Below are positions 11,507 through 23,829 of a DNA stretch of 64,000 nt, piece by piece. The position numbers and the translations under genes were made by a program. The notes under the pieces were generated by a model, which saw only the letters and a list, made by a program, of their open reading frames with translations, ran no database searches and was not told the DNA's origin. How positions within the stretch are numbered: the stretch's first letter is position 1; each line of letters begins with the position of its first letter. Source of the stretch: Clostridiales bacterium (GTDB taxonomy: Bacteria; Bacillota; Dehalobacteriia; UBA7702); contig JAXGQJ010000004.1 in the NCBI GenBank assembly GCA_040766505.1, forward strand, positions 17,549 to 81,548. The letters are read 5' to 3'.

Positions 11507-12652
11507 AGCAATACCTCATTGAGATAGGCCCCGGCCCATTCCTGCGCCGCCAAAACCGCGCCAAGATCCGGGTGCGCCACGGGATCATGGGCAGACAGGG
11601 CCTTTTCTACATATTTGGAAATATCCGTATATTTTATTCGGTTTTCCAGGAACATATACACCAAAATTTCATTGGCGGCATTTAGAACCGCCGGCAGCGT
11701 TTGTCCGCTCCGCCCCGCCTCATAGGCCAGGCGCAAAAGCGGAAATTTTTCCTTGTCCGGAGCGAAAAATTCAATCTTGCCCACCGCCGCGAAATCCAGC
11801 GGCGGCAACGGATTGGGCCGCCGCTCCGGATAGGTTAAGGCGAATTGGATCGGAATCCGCATATCCGCCCGGCCCATATGGGCGAGAAAGGAACCGTCTC
11901 CATAGGCCACCAGCGAATGGATGAGGCTTTGGGGCTGGATCAGCACATCGATGCGGTCATAGTCGATGCCGAACAGCCAATGGGCTTCGATAACCTCGAG
12001 GCCCTTGTTCATCATCGTTGAAGAATCCACCGTAACCTTCGCCCCCATCGACCAGGTGGGGTGTTGTAGGGCCATGGCGGGGGTAACCGCCGCCAATGCC
12101 TCCCGGCTAAAAGTGCGGAAGGGGCCGCCGGAGGCGAGAGTATGATCTTTTTCAAACCGCTTTTCCCCGCCAGCAGGCATTGGAAAATCGCGGAATGCTC
12201 GCTGTTCATCGGAACCAGCACGCCGCCCTTCCGCCGCAGCAGCAGCGCATCGACGTAGGTGTCCCGCCGTTACCAGGCTTTCTTTATTGATCGCCACGGT
12301 GCGCCCTCTTCCTCTAAAGCCCAAAGCAGCGGTTTTAACCCCGCCATGCCGGAAATGCCGTGAACGACGATGTCCACAGGGTGTTTCCCGCCGCGGCCAT
12401 TAAGCCCTTCTTCGCCGCAGAGAATTTCGCCGGAAAAGCCCCGCAATGTCCGTTTCAAAAGCGGATAGATGCGGGGTTTCCGGTGACTACAAGGCGGGGC
12501 CGGTATTTTTTTACCTGCCGGGCCAAATCTTCCACCCCGGGCGGCGGCCACCAAAACATCGACCCGGTACGCACCGGGAAACCAATCGACAACCGACAAG
12601 GTTTGGCCGCCGATGGAGCCGGTGGAACCTAAAAAAGCGCAATGGTTTTCAA
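11497..12652 (-). CDS. dxr: 1-deoxy-D-xylulose 5-phosphate reductoisomerase; one frameshift near N-terminus in a T6 run (12631..12636 region)
   Basis: ORF 11497..12324 (C-terminal 275 aa) plus fragment in 12270..12737 containing LGSTGSIGGQTL; adding one T to the T6 run restores MKTIALFLGSTGSIGG; TTG start 12650..12652. Confidence 0.7.
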
Positions 12653-13470
12653 AGGTTACCTCCCATATTATTTGGTAGGAAAATAGGTGACGGTTTCTGG
12701 TGAAAATAGTAGCAAAAGGGGGCGATGAAAAGCGCAAACCTGTCGAAGCGATCTAAAACGCCGCCGTGGCCGGGAATCAGGGTTCCGGCATCCTTCACAT
12801 CGGCCCAACGCTTGACCGCGCTCAAAAAGGTCGCCGATCTGCCCAAGGATCGATATTGAAGAAAGCCATCACCAGCGCGGGCCCCATCGGACGACATTCA
12901 TGATTAAATTGAAGAGGAAAACCACCAAAACAGCGGCGGCAATCCCGCCGATCGCACCTCCACCGATTTATTCGGGCTGACACTGGGCATCAGCTTATGG
13001 CGCCCGAAGGCGCTGCCGACAAAATAGGCCCCGGTATCCGTCAGCCATTGGATCAAAAAAATCATGCAGATGATCCAGAACCCATCTTGAAAATTAAAGC
13101 GGATCATCGCCAGCGTGCTGATGGTAAAAGCGATATAAAAGAGGACGAAGAAGGTCATCGCCATCTCTTCGATGCGCATACGGCCAAAGATGAAGAAAAT
13201 CGTATGCAGTGCGAAGATGATGAAATAGAGGCCGAGGGCCAGTGCCGGCACGTCCTGGCCATAGGCATTGGCGACCAAGAGCAGGATGGCGGAGGGAATA
13301 AACAGAAAGACGCTGAAGCGGTACTCCATCTTCTGCAAAATGGAGCGAAATTCAAGGCCCCCGATGATGGTCACCGCCAGCACAAAACCAGAAATACCCA
13401 GCTCCCAATAAGGCCCTCAAGAAGCATCAAGGGTACAAAAATCAGGCGCTGGCGGCCCGGGTCTTTAGCT
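12649..13470 (-). pseudogene. cdsA: phosphatidate cytidylyltransferase CdsA; frame broken
   Basis: fragments 12649..12897 (C-terminal IPGHGGVLDRFD motif) and 12904..13383 (TM N-terminal part). Confidence 0.6.
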
Positions 13471-13479
13471 TACCAAACA

Positions 13480-14200
13480 TAGCATCCTTACTTTATATCG
13501 CCGTACCGCCGCCGTCTGTTTTGGTAGGCGGCGATGGCTTTATAAAACTCCCCTTTCATTAAAATCCGGCCAGTGGACGCCGGTAAAATAAAAATTCCGC
13601 ATAGGCCGATTGCCAGAGCAGAAAATTGCTGAGCCTTTGCTCTCCTGAGGTCTGCGGATCAAATCTCATCCTTGCCCATCGGTGTAAAGATAATGGCGAA
13701 ATCCACGGTTATGGTTTCCGGACTGGCTTTTCCCCTTTTGTATCCGCTAATATGGCCCGCAAAGCCCGGAAAATCTCCTGGCGGCCACCATAGTTGATCG
13801 CGATATTCAAAATCAGCCCCGTATTGGCCGCCGTCAGGTTCTCCACCCGCCGAATCTCCTGCTGCACATTTTCCGGCAGATATAAGGTCGCCTAGGGGCA
13901 ATGGCCGTGACATTCTTCTCCTTCATTTCCTTCCCTTCACGATCAGGAAATTTCGGATCAGATCATGAGGAAGGACACTTCTTCCATGGGACGGCGCCAA
14001 TTTTCCGTCGAAAAACAATAGAGGGTCAAAACCTCTATGCCTTCAGGCTATCGGCGGTTCTGATCAGCGTTTTGATTATCTCGCGGCTGGCGGCATGGCC
14101 CCGGACGCGGTGGCAGCCGCTGTTTCTGGGCCCAGCGCCCATTGCCGTCCATGATCATTGCCACATGGGCGGAAGCGGATGCTTTTCAATTTCCAGCCTT
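13480..14200 (-). pseudogene. uppS: undecaprenyl diphosphate synthase UppS; frame broken
   Basis: minus-strand translations HVAIIMDGNGRWA (ca. 14120), EGIEVLTLYCFSTENW, LNIAINYGGR (ca. 13790) lie in different frames. Confidence 0.6.
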
Positions 14201-14295
14201 AGATTGTCCGTTTCCTTGTCCATCGGAACCTTACACTTTCTTTGCCAACTCTTCCGTTCTGTAAAATGGCTGCTGCAAAAACCTCAAAAAGTTAG

Positions 14296-14330
14296 AAAAA
14301 GGGCTGTAACATGCCGGTTGCAGCCCCTCT
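14296..14330 (-). terminator. terminator-like hairpin plus T-run after ferredoxin gene
   Basis: minus strand GGGCTG-14 nt loop-CAGCCC then TTTTTCT. Confidence 0.4.
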
Positions 14331-14337
14331 CCCCTTT

Positions 14338-14502
14338 TTATTCTTCAATAATAGCGCCGCTGGGGCAAGCATCGATGCAAGTTCCGCATTCTGTGCAGGT
14401 ATCCTGATCAATGACGTAGATGTCACCCTCTTTGATGGCTTCGCTGGGGCATTCGTCTACGCAGGTTCCGCAAGCGGTGCATTCGTCGGTGATTCTGTAC
14501 AT
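14338..14502 (-). CDS. small 2x[4Fe-4S] ferredoxin (54 aa)
   Basis: two CxxCxxCxxxCP motifs ([24 protein letters not shown]); ATG 14500..14502 preceded by AAAGGAGGTG; longer 76-aa ORF-track version lacks an RBS. Confidence 0.8.
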   Translation of the reverse strand: MYRITDECTACGTCVDECPSEAIKEGDIYVIDQDTCTECGTCIDACPSGAIIEE

Positions 14503-14548
14503 TCTCTTACACCTCCTTTCAGCTATCGTCAAAAATTGCCGGGGCAAT

Positions 14549-15110
14549 TTAGACTTCCATAATTTCACTTTCCTTCACGCCGGTGATCTCGTCCACCTTT
14601 TTTACGAATTTCTCCGTCAGCTTTTGGGCCTCGTCCAGGCCTCTTTTGGCATCGTCTTCCGATATTGCATGGGATTTTTCCAATTCCTTAATATCGTCGT
14701 TCAATTCCCTGCGGAGATTGCGAACCGCCACTTTGGCCTCTTTCCGCTTTCTTTTAACCACTTCAACTAATTCTTTGCGCCTTTCCTCCGTCAATTGGGG
14801 AATGGCGATGCGGATCACTGTGCCGTCATTGTTTGGGTTTAACCCTAAATCCGATTTCAATATCGCTTTCTCGATGGCGCCGATCACGGTTTTGTCCCCA
14901 AGGTTGAACCAGCAAAAGCCTGCTTTCCGGCACGGAAATGTTGGCCATCTGGTTCACCGGCGTCGGCACGCCATAATAATCCACCTGATTTTATCAAGCA
15001 GGCCGGCGTCGCCTGCCCCGCCCGCAAGCCGGAGAAATCCCGCTTCAGGGTTCACAGGTTTCTTGTCATCCGATCTTCCGGCCGATTCCATAAACTCTTT
15101 AATCATAAGA
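14549..15110 (-). CDS. frr: ribosome recycling factor; N-terminal ~70 codons out of frame
   Basis: ORF 14549..14887 equals C-terminal 112 aa of Frr (..[17 protein letters not shown]..). Confidence 0.7.
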
Positions 15111-15129
15111 CTCCCCTCCTATGAAAGTT

Positions 15130-15839
<710 letters not shown>

Positions 15840-15889
15840 CCATTCGATCCCCGGGGAAGCGCCCCGGGCACTCCCATCGTCAATCTTTT

Positions 15890-16527
15890 TTTAAACATGG
15901 AACCCACTTCTTCGGCAAAACCGCAAGCGTCCTTCTTTCCATGCCTTCTCCCACCTGATAGCGGGCAAAACGGCGCACCGAGATGTTTTCACCGATCTTG
16001 GCGACCAAATTCGTGATCAAGCCCTGTACGGTGATGTTTCATCCTTGATGAAGGGTTGTTCAAAAAGGCAGATTTCCTTAAAATACTTTTTTCGATGCGG
16101 GCTGTCGACCATTTTATCGACGATCTTTTCCGGTTTGCCTTCGTTTGGGCGCTTCGGTACTCCTGCTCATGTTCGATTTCCGCGGCGGGGATTTCTTCCC
16201 GTGAGTCATATTGGTGGTTCGAGGCTGCGCAATCTGCATCGCCAAATCCTTACAGAGGATCTTAAACTCCTCGTTCTTCGCCACGAAATCCGTTCGGCAG
16301 TTCACTTCCAGCAGCATAGCCGATGCGGCCGCCGGCATGGATATAGGATTCCACCAAGCCTTCGGCGGTGATGCGGCCGCTTTTTTTCGCGGCTCATGCT
16401 TCCGGTCTCCCTTAACATCGATCGCTTTTTCCATATCTCCACCGACTTCCACCAGGGCTTTCTTGCAATCCATCATCCCGGCGCCGGTTCTTTCTCTCAG
16501 TTCCTTTACCATTGCGGCTGATACCAT
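15890..16527 (-). pseudogene. tsf: elongation factor Ts; frame broken
   Basis: N-terminus [38 protein letters not shown] at 16527 with AGGAGGT RBS; remainder fragmented. Confidence 0.6.
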
Positions 16528-16627
16528 GGTTTTACCTCCTAAACGATTTATAAGGAAAAGCAGGGAATATTCCCTGCTAATCATTGTTTTGCTTACTCAG
16601 CAACCGCCTGTTCAATAGCAGGTTCTT

Positions 16628-17338
16628 CTAATTCGCCGCCGGCTTCCGCTTGGGCCGCTTCCGCCAGCGGAGAAGCCTGTCAATCATGTCGGCCATGCGT
16701 CCGATGTTGAGCTTCACTGCGCGGATCGCGTCGTCATTGCCGGGAATCACATAATCCACCTCTTCGGGGTCGCAGTTTGGGTCGACGATGGCGACGATCG
16801 GAATATGCAGCTTCCTCGCTTCGGCGATGGTGATCCGTTCCTTTCGGATCCACGACAAAATGGCGCCGGGCAGCCGCTTCATTTCCTTGATGCCCCTGCG
16901 AACTTTTCCAGTTTTTCCCGTTTCCCTCTCATCTGGGAAACTTCCCTTCTTGGGCAAAGCTCCAATGTGCCGTCGGCTTCCATCCGTCTGATATCCCGGA
17001 TGAACCGAGCGCCGAATCGTCTTATTATTGGTCAAAAGGCCGCCAAGCCATCTCTGGTTGACATAGAACATGCTGCAGCGTTCCGCCTTCTTCCTGATGG
17101 CGTCCTGGGCTTGTTTTTTTGTGCCGACGAAGAGGATCGATCCTCCCTCGGCGACGGTGTCTTTGATGAAATTATAGGGCCTGTCGATCTTATGAACGGT
17201 CTTTTGCAGGTCGATGATATAGATGCCAATTCCGTCTGTAAAAATATACGGTGCCATTTTGGGGTTCCAGCGCCGGGTTTGGTGGCCAAAATGCACCCCG
17301 GCTCCAAAAGCTGCTTCATGTAAATATCCTCGCCATTT
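16628..17338 (-). pseudogene. rpsB: 30S ribosomal protein S2; several single-base frameshifts
   Basis: ..[35 protein letters not shown]..; homopolymer indels visible, e.g. near 16940..16960 the assembled LELCPRR becomes the S2 consensus LELLPKK by adding one T and removing one G; 5' part of ORF 16628..17587 is read-through from hslU. Confidence 0.7.
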
Positions 17339-17469
17339 TTTTGTTTCCTCCTTTTGTTTTGCCGCCGGATCTGTCATTTTCATCATAAGACCCGCAGGCA
17401 ATACCTTATGATGAATCGAAACCCGTGTGTTTTCCTTTAACATGTTATCATAAAGTCCCCTGCCATGCA

Positions 17470-18817
17470 AGGGTTTTATAAAATATCTCATAAATCCCTT
17501 GTTCTTCATAATATGCTCCATCTTATCCAGTACGAAGCCGTGATCCACCAGGGCGGCACCCCGCATCAGATCCGGGGCCTCGAACAATAGCGTATTCCAA
17601 ACCTTTTTCCATGATGGTGTGCAGGCGGCGGGCGCGCCAATATTCGGGCCCTATTGTTGAGCCTGTCGGCCATGTCGGCGATGGCGTCAATCCCGGAGGT
17701 CGAATTCCACACAGACCCCGTCGGCTTTCCAGGCAATCGGTATACTGTTTCAATAAGGGAATTTTCCGGCTCCACCAAAAAATCCTGCGGTAATCTTCCC
17801 GGCTTAAACTTTCCAAACTCCACGCGGATCGGAAAGCGGCCCTGCAATTCCGGCATCAGATCTGAAGGTTTCGCCACATGAAAAGCGCGCCGGCGGCGAT
17901 AAAGAGTATGTGGTCGGTGCTGACGCTACGCTTCGTATTGACGATGGCGCCCACTCAGGGGGCAGAATATCCCTTTGCACGCCCCCTCGGGAAACGTCGA
18001 TGCCCGGCCCTTTTCGGCGACGGCGATTTTATCGATCTCATCCAAAAAGACGATGCCCATCTGTTCCGCCTTGTCCACCGCTTCGGCGGAAACCTCTTCC
18101 ATATCGATCAGTTTATTGCTTTCTTCCTGGACGAAAATGCGCCGGGCCTCTTTTGGCCGTTACCCGCCGTTTTTTCTTCTGTTTGGCATGAAACTGCCGA
18201 GAACCTCCCCCAGATTGATGCCCATTTCGTCCATTCCTCCCAGCATAGCGCGCTATTGGGAGTGTCCTCCACTTCTATTTCCAGCAATTCCGGTCGAGGT
18301 CGCCGCTGGCCAGCAGGCGGCGGATATAATGGCGGCGGCGCTTATTTTCCTCGGCGGCGGTCAACAATTCCTCCGGCTCCTCTAAATCCTTGGCATAGCC
18401 CTGCATCATCAACTGGTTGAGCAGCCTGGCCTCCGCCAGTTTCTCCGCCTGCTTTTGAACGGTGGCCTGGCGATCGGCCTTCACGATGGTGACGGCGTTT
18501 TCCACCAGATCCCGGATGATGGAATCCACATCCCGGCCCACATAGCCGACCTCCGTAAATTTCGTCGCCTCCACCTTGACGAAAGGGGCATTGACCAACC
18601 GGGCCAGGCGGCGGGCGATCTCCGTTTTTCCCACGCCGGTGGGGCCGATCATGATGATATTTTTCGGCACCACGTCCCTCTGCATCTCTTCGCTCAGCTT
18701 TTTGCGGCGAAAGCGGTTCCGAAGGGCAATGGCGACGCTGCGCTTCGCCGCGTCTTGGCCGATGATGTATTTATCCAATTCAAAAACGATTTTACTGGGG
18801 GTCAATTCTTCGCTCAT
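17470..18817 (-). pseudogene. hslU: ATP-dependent protease ATPase subunit HslU; frame broken several times
   Basis: N-terminal 180-aa ORF 18275..18817 (Walker A GPTGVGKT); PSDLMPELQGRFPIRVE in 17566..17877; [14 protein letters not shown] in 17523..17816. Confidence 0.7.
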
Positions 18818-18825
18818 TTTCTCAC

Positions 18826-19359
18826 CTACTTAATCTCTTCCACTATAATATGGTCATTCGTATAGACGCAGATCGATGCCGCCACCTTCATAGCTTCTCT
18901 GGCGATTTCCACGGCGGTCATCGGGCAGTGGGCCATCATGGCCCTGGCCGCCGCCAAAGCATAGGGGCCGCCGGAACCGATGGCAGCGATGCCGTCGTCG
19001 GGCTCGATGATTTCACCGCTGCCGGAGATGATGAGAAGGTTCTCTTTGTCGGCGACGATCAGCATCGCTTCTAATTTTTGCAAAATCTTATCGGTGCGCC
19101 ATTCCTTCACCAGGGCCACCGCGGCCCGCATCAGATTGCCCCGGTATTCGCCAAGCTTCATTTCAAATTTATCGAACAATGTAAACGCGTCGGCCACGGC
19201 GCCGGCAAAACCCGCCGCCACTTGGTCGTGATAAAGCCGCCGCACCTTTTTGGCGCCGTTTTTCATGACCATCGCATTGCCCATGGTCACCTGGCCGTCC
19301 CCGGCGATGGCGACGGCGCCGTCCTTCTTTACACCGATGATGGTGGTCGCTTCAAACAT
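18826..19359 (-). CDS. hslV: ATP-dependent protease subunit HslV (terminates with UAG)
   Basis: 177 aa; N-terminal [10 protein letters not shown]; stop codon TAG 18826..18828 with in-frame TGA three codons later. Confidence 0.85.
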   Translation of the reverse strand: MFEATTIIGVKKDGAVAIAGDGQVTMGNAMVMKNGAKKVRRLYHDQVAAGFAGAVADAFTLFDKFEMKLGEYRGNLMRAAVALVKEWRTDKILQKLEAMLIVADKENLLIISGSGEIIEPDDGIAAIGSGGPYALAAARAMMAHCPMTAVEIAREAMKVAASICVYTNDHIIVEEIK

Positions 19360-19384
19360 ATTTTTCCTCCTGCCTTCCGCCTCA

Positions 19385-20272
19385 TTATGCCCTTGGATGG
19401 GTGTTTTCAGATCCGTTCAAATGTCCTTTGGTCACATGGGTATAAATTTGCGTGGTGGATAGCCTGGCATGGCCCAAAAGCTCCTGTACCACGCGGATGT
19501 CGGCGCCATTTTCCAAAAGATGGGTGGCATAGGAATGGCGCAAGGTGTGGGGGCTGATGCGCAAATTCGCCGCCAGCCGCAGCACATACCGGTTGAGGAT
19601 GCCCCGAACCCCCCGGCCGGTCAGCCGGTTGCCGTCCCGCTGGTTCAGAAATACCGCTTCGATGCCGTCATACGCGGGGCGTACCAGTTTGGGGCGGCCC
19701 CGTTCCAGATAATTCTTTAAGGCTTCCAGGGCAAAATCCCCCAATGGAACCAGCCGTTCCTTCGAACCTTTACCGAAAACCCGGACGGAATGGAGGCTGA
19801 ATTTGATCTGCCCCAAATCGAGGCCGGTCAATTCCGATACCCGAAGCCCGCCGCCGTAGAGCAGCTCTAAAATGGCCCGATCCCGCAGGCCGCCAGGGCT
19901 TTCATCGGGAAGAGCAAAGATTCCTTTTAGTTCATCATAATGCACAAACTTTGGTAATTTCCGGTGTTCCTTTGGGGTAGATATCATGTCAAGGGGGTTC
20001 TGCGCCACCACATTTTCCCGGCACAGATAGCGGTAGAAGGATCGCAGCGAAGATACCTTCCGAGCCAGCGACGTTTTGCTCAGTCCCCGCCGGCGCAAAT
20101 CCATCATATACTGCCGCACGGCGAGATGGTCAAGATCCGTAGCATGAAGCCCTTTTTTCCCCAAAAAAACAAAAAGCTCCTCCAAATCGCCGCGATAAGC
20201 GGTGACGGTATGGGGAGAAGCGTTTTTTTCCGCCTCTAAATAGGCGATGAAATGTTGCAGATGATCGTCCAT
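19385..20272 (-). CDS. xerC: tyrosine recombinase XerC
   Basis: 295 aa; [36 protein letters not shown] catalytic region; positioned between trmFO and hslV as Bacillus codV. Confidence 0.85.
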   Translation of the reverse strand: MDDHLQHFIAYLEAEKNASPHTVTAYRGDLEELFVFLGKKGLHATDLDHLAVRQYMMDLRRRGLSKTSLARKVSSLRSFYRYLCRENVVAQNPLDMISTPKEHRKLPKFVHYDELKGIFALPDESPGGLRDRAILELLYGGGLRVSELTGLDLGQIKFSLHSVRVFGKGSKERLVPLGDFALEALKNYLERGRPKLVRPAYDGIEAVFLNQRDGNRLTGRGVRGILNRYVLRLAANLRISPHTLRHSYATHLLENGADIRVVQELLGHARLSTTQIYTHVTKGHLNGSENTHPRA

Positions 20273-20279
20273 CTTCCTG

Positions 20280-21581
20280 TTAGACTCCCTTTCTAAATGC
20301 CTCCAATGCCGCGAGGGAGCGGGCGGCCAGCGCCGCGTTCTTTTCCCGTTTTTTTCTGATTCTCGTTTCCAGGGCCGGGAAGAGGCCGAAGTTCACATTC
20401 ATCGGCTGAAAATTCTCGGGGTCGGCACCGGCAATATAATGGGCAAGGGCGCCGATGCCGGTTTCCGTCGGGAATACCAAGGGTTCCTCATCCGCCAACC
20501 GCCGCCCGGCATTGATTCCCGCCAATAGGCCGCTGGCCGCCGATTCCACATAGCCTTCGACGCCGGTCAACTGCCCGGCAAAAAAGAGGCCCGGGCGGAT
20601 TTTCGCCTCCATCGTGGCCAATAGGCATTGGGGCGCATTGATATAGGTATTCCTATGCATCATGCCGTAACGTGCAAATTGGGCCTGTTCCAAACCGGGA
20701 ATCAGCCGGAACACCCGCTGCTGCTCCCCACGGAGCAGATGGGTCTGGAAGCCCACCAGATTGTAAAGGGTGGCGGCGGCATTGTCCTGGCGCAGTTGGA
20801 CGACGCCGTGAAAGGCACCGTCCCGCCGGGGGTCGTGCAAGCCCACAGGCTTCAGCGGCCCATACAATACCGTCTCTTTGCCCCGCCGGGCCATCTCTTC
20901 GATGGGCATACAGCCCTCAAAAAAGCGCAGCGTTTCAAAGGCCCGTCCCGGATAGGTCTCGGCGCCGATCAGGGCTTCATAAAAGACCCCGTATTCCGCT
21001 TTGCTCAAGGGACAATTGATATAGTCGGACTCCCCCTTGCCATAACGGGAGGCATAGAAGGCCTTTTCGAAATCGATGCTGTCCCGAAAGACCACCGGAG
21101 CTACGGCATCGTAAAAGTACAGCTTGTCATCGCCGGCGAGGGCCTGAATCTCGGCGGCGAGAGCGCCGTCGGTTAGGGGGCCGGTGGCAACGACCACCAA
21201 ACCTTCGGGGATGCGGTCGACCCGTTCCCGGCGGATTTCCATCCGATCCAGGGAGGCCAGCATTGCTTCGACGGTACGGGAAAACCCTTCCCGATCCACG
21301 GCAAAGCCGCCGCCGGCGGGCACCCGGTTTTGATCCGCCGCCGCCATGACCAGGGAGTCGAGGCGGCGCATCTCTTCCTTCAATAAGCCAACGGCATTTT
21401 CCAATGCGGCGGCACGAAAAGAATTGCTGCAAACCAGTTCCGCCAAAGCACCGGTTTTGTGGGCGCCGGTGCTGTGGTGGGGGCGCATTTCAAAAAGCCG
21501 CACCGAAATGCCGCGCCGCGCCATCTGCCAAGCGGCCTCGGCGCCCGCCAGGCCGCCGCCGATTACCGTCGCCTCAGCCAT
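20280..21581 (-). CDS. trmFO: methylenetetrahydrofolate--tRNA-(uracil54-C5)-methyltransferase TrmFO
   Basis: ORF 20280..21671; start set to MAEATVIGGGLAGAEAAWQ (FAD GxGxxG), 8-nt overlap with topA stop. Confidence 0.85.
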   Translation of the reverse strand: MAEATVIGGGLAGAEAAWQMARRGISVRLFEMRPHHSTGAHKTGALAELVCSNSFRAAALENAVGLLKEEMRRLDSLVMAAADQNRVPAGGGFAVDREGFSRTVEAMLASLDRMEIRRERVDRIPEGLVVVATGPLTDGALAAEIQALAGDDKLYFYDAVAPVVFRDSIDFEKAFYASRYGKGESDYINCPLSKAEYGVFYEALIGAETYPGRAFETLRFFEGCMPIEEMARRGKETVLYGPLKPVGLHDPRRDGAFHGVVQLRQDNAAATLYNLVGFQTHLLRGEQQRVFRLIPGLEQAQFARYGMMHRNTYINAPQCLLATMEAKIRPGLFFAGQLTGVEGYVESAASGLLAGINAGRRLADEEPLVFPTETGIGALAHYIAGADPENFQPMNVNFGLFPALETRIRKKREKNAALAARSLAALEAFRKGV

Positions 21582-23829
21582 TTTCCGCCTCGGCCTCGGC
21601 TTTTTTACGCTTACCTTTTTCCGCCCGGGGGCGGGCATCGCATTCCTTATTTTCACAGACCAGGATTTCACCCTTCTTCTTATCGGTCTTTTTCACCAGA
21701 TAATGGCCGCAACTGGAGCAAAGCTCCGGCACCGGCGTATTCCAATAATTGACCGTGCATTCGGGATAATTTTTGCAGCCGAAGAAAACCTTCCCGGTCT
21801 TGGTGCGCTTTTTCACCAGCGGCGCGCCGCAGCGATTGCAGTCGACGCCGATTTCCACATCGATGGATTTGATATTCTTGCATTCGGGATAGCCGGGACA
21901 AGCCAGAAACTTGCCGTAACGGCCCTTCTTCACTACCATTTTGCGGCCGCAATGCTCGCAGGCGACATCGCTTTCCTCCACGATTTTCTCTTCCACATTG
22001 CCGTCTTTATCGACGGATTTCACATTGCGGCATTCGGGATAACCGGGGCAGGCCAAAAACCGGCCGTAGCGGCCCATCTTAAACACCATCTTGCGGCCGC
22101 AGAATTCGCAGACGATCTCGCTTTCCTCATCGCTCAATTCCACCTCGCCAATGGTTTCCTCCGCCAAACGCAAGCTCTCCGCGAAGGGGCCGTAAAAGTC
22201 CTCCAGCACCCGGCTCCAACTGATCTGCCCCTCTTCCACATGATCCAGCTTATCCTCCATGCGGGCGGTGAATTCCGCATTGAGAACATCGGGAAAATGC
22301 TCCAAAAGCAAATCGTTCACCACTTTGCCCAGCTCCGTTGGGCGGAAGGTCTTTTCTTTCCGCTGCACATAGCCGCGGGCCACCACCGTCTCAATAATGG
22401 AAACATAGGTGCTGGGGCGGCCGATCCCCAATTTTTCCAGGGTTTTAATCAGGGAGGCCTCGGTATAGGCCGGCGGCGGCTGGGTAAAGTGCTGCTCCGG
22501 CCTGAGGGCCGCCAGCGCCAAACGCTCCCCTTCGCCGATGTCCGGCAACTGGTTTTCCGCCACATCGACGCGATAAACCTTCATATAGCCGGGAAAGGTA
22601 ACGATGCTGCCGGTGGCGCGAAAGAGATATTGTTTGGCCTCGATGTCATAGGCCGTATGCATCATTTTTGCCGCCGCCATTTGGCTGGCGACAAAACGCT
22701 CCCAGACCAGCTTATAGAGCTTGTACTGCGGCTGGGTTAAAAATTCTTTGGCCGCTTGGGGGGTTCGCAATACCGAGGTTGGGCGAATAGCCTCATGGGC
22801 GTCTTGGGTATGGCCGCCCGCCGCTTTATATTGGGGGGGCTGTTCCGGCACATAGGCGGCGCCATAGGCCTCGCCGATATATGCCCTCGCTTCTTCCTGG
22901 GCATTGGCATTGACGCGCACGGAATCGGTGCGCATATAGGTGATCAGGCCCACATTGCCGGAACCGAGGGAAATCCCTTCATACAGCTGCTGGGCCAACT
23001 GCATCGTCCGTTTGGCGGTAAAGCCCAGTTTCTGATTGGCCTCCTGCTGCAAGCCGCTGGTGGTGAACGCCGCCGGCGGCGTTTTCTTTCTTTCCTTTTT
23101 CTGAACCGATGCCACCACGTAAGCGGCGCCCTCTAAATCGGCGACGATGGCTTCCATCGCGGCGCCTTCGGCGGTTTCCGCCTTTTTGCCGTCGATCTTG
23201 GCCAATTTCGCACTGAAGGTTTCCTTTTTATAGAGAAAATCGGCGTCCAATGTCCAGTATTCTTCCGGCTTAAATCCATCGATCTCCTGCTGGCGCTCAC
23301 AGATCAGCCGCACGGCGACGGATTGCACCCGCCCGGCGGACAGGCCCTTGCGCACCTTTTTCCAGAGCAGGGGGCTTAATTTGTAGCCCACCAGCCGGTC
23401 GAGAATGCGGCGGCTTTGCTGGGCCAGCACCCGATCCATATTGATGGGCCGCGGCTTCTTCACCGCCCCCTGGATCGCCTCTTTCGTGATTTCATTGAAT
23501 TCGATCCGGCAGGGCTTATCCCCCTGTTCGCCTTCGAGGTATTGGCTCAGATGCCAGGCAATGGCCTCCCCTTCCCGATCCGGGTCGGCGGCATAGAAGA
23601 TTTTATCGGCGCTTTTTGCCGATTTCTTCAACTCTTTTAAAAGCTCGCCCTTGCCCCGGATGGTGATATAGTGGGGCTGAAAGCCGTTTTCCACATCGAT
23701 GCCCAATTTGCTTTTGGGCAAATCGCGGATATGCCCCATGGAAGACATCACCTTATAGTTCTTACCCAAGAATTTCCCGATGGTTCTTGCCTTGGTTGGG
23801 GATTCCACGACAACCAGATATTTACTCAT
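21574..23829 (-). CDS. topA: DNA topoisomerase I
   Basis: 751 aa intact; Toprim N-terminus; repeated C-terminal CxxC zinc ribbons. Confidence 0.9.
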   Translation of the reverse strand: MSKYLVVVESPTKARTIGKFLGKNYKVMSSMGHIRDLPKSKLGIDVENGFQPHYITIRGKGELLKELKKSAKSADKIFYAADPDREGEAIAWHLSQYLEGEQGDKPCRIEFNEITKEAIQGAVKKPRPINMDRVLAQQSRRILDRLVGYKLSPLLWKKVRKGLSAGRVQSVAVRLICERQQEIDGFKPEEYWTLDADFLYKKETFSAKLAKIDGKKAETAEGAAMEAIVADLEGAAYVVASVQKKERKKTPPAAFTTSGLQQEANQKLGFTAKRTMQLAQQLYEGISLGSGNVGLITYMRTDSVRVNANAQEEARAYIGEAYGAAYVPEQPPQYKAAGGHTQDAHEAIRPTSVLRTPQAAKEFLTQPQYKLYKLVWERFVASQMAAAKMMHTAYDIEAKQYLFRATGSIVTFPGYMKVYRVDVAENQLPDIGEGERLALAALRPEQHFTQPPPAYTEASLIKTLEKLGIGRPSTYVSIIETVVARGYVQRKEKTFRPTELGKVVNDLLLEHFPDVLNAEFTARMEDKLDHVEEGQISWSRVLEDFYGPFAESLRLAEETIGEVELSDEESEIVCEFCGRKMVFKMGRYGRFLACPGYPECRNVKSVDKDGNVEEKIVEESDVACEHCGRKMVVKKGRYGKFLACPGYPECKNIKSIDVEIGVDCNRCGAPLVKKRTKTGKVFFGCKNYPECTVNYWNTPVPELCSSCGHYLVKKTDKKKGEILVCENKECDARPRAEKGKRKKAEAEAENG

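Noticed and set aside
16628-17587. 319-aa ORF annotated as one protein
   Set aside because: Chimeric read-through: 5' part is the out-of-frame C-terminus of hslU, the rest is rpsB with compensating frameshifts.
21346-22740. 464-aa plus-strand ORF
   Set aside because: Entirely antisense to intact topA. Low-complexity Ala/Gly/His-rich, no start context. A typical long shadow ORF in 60% GC DNA.
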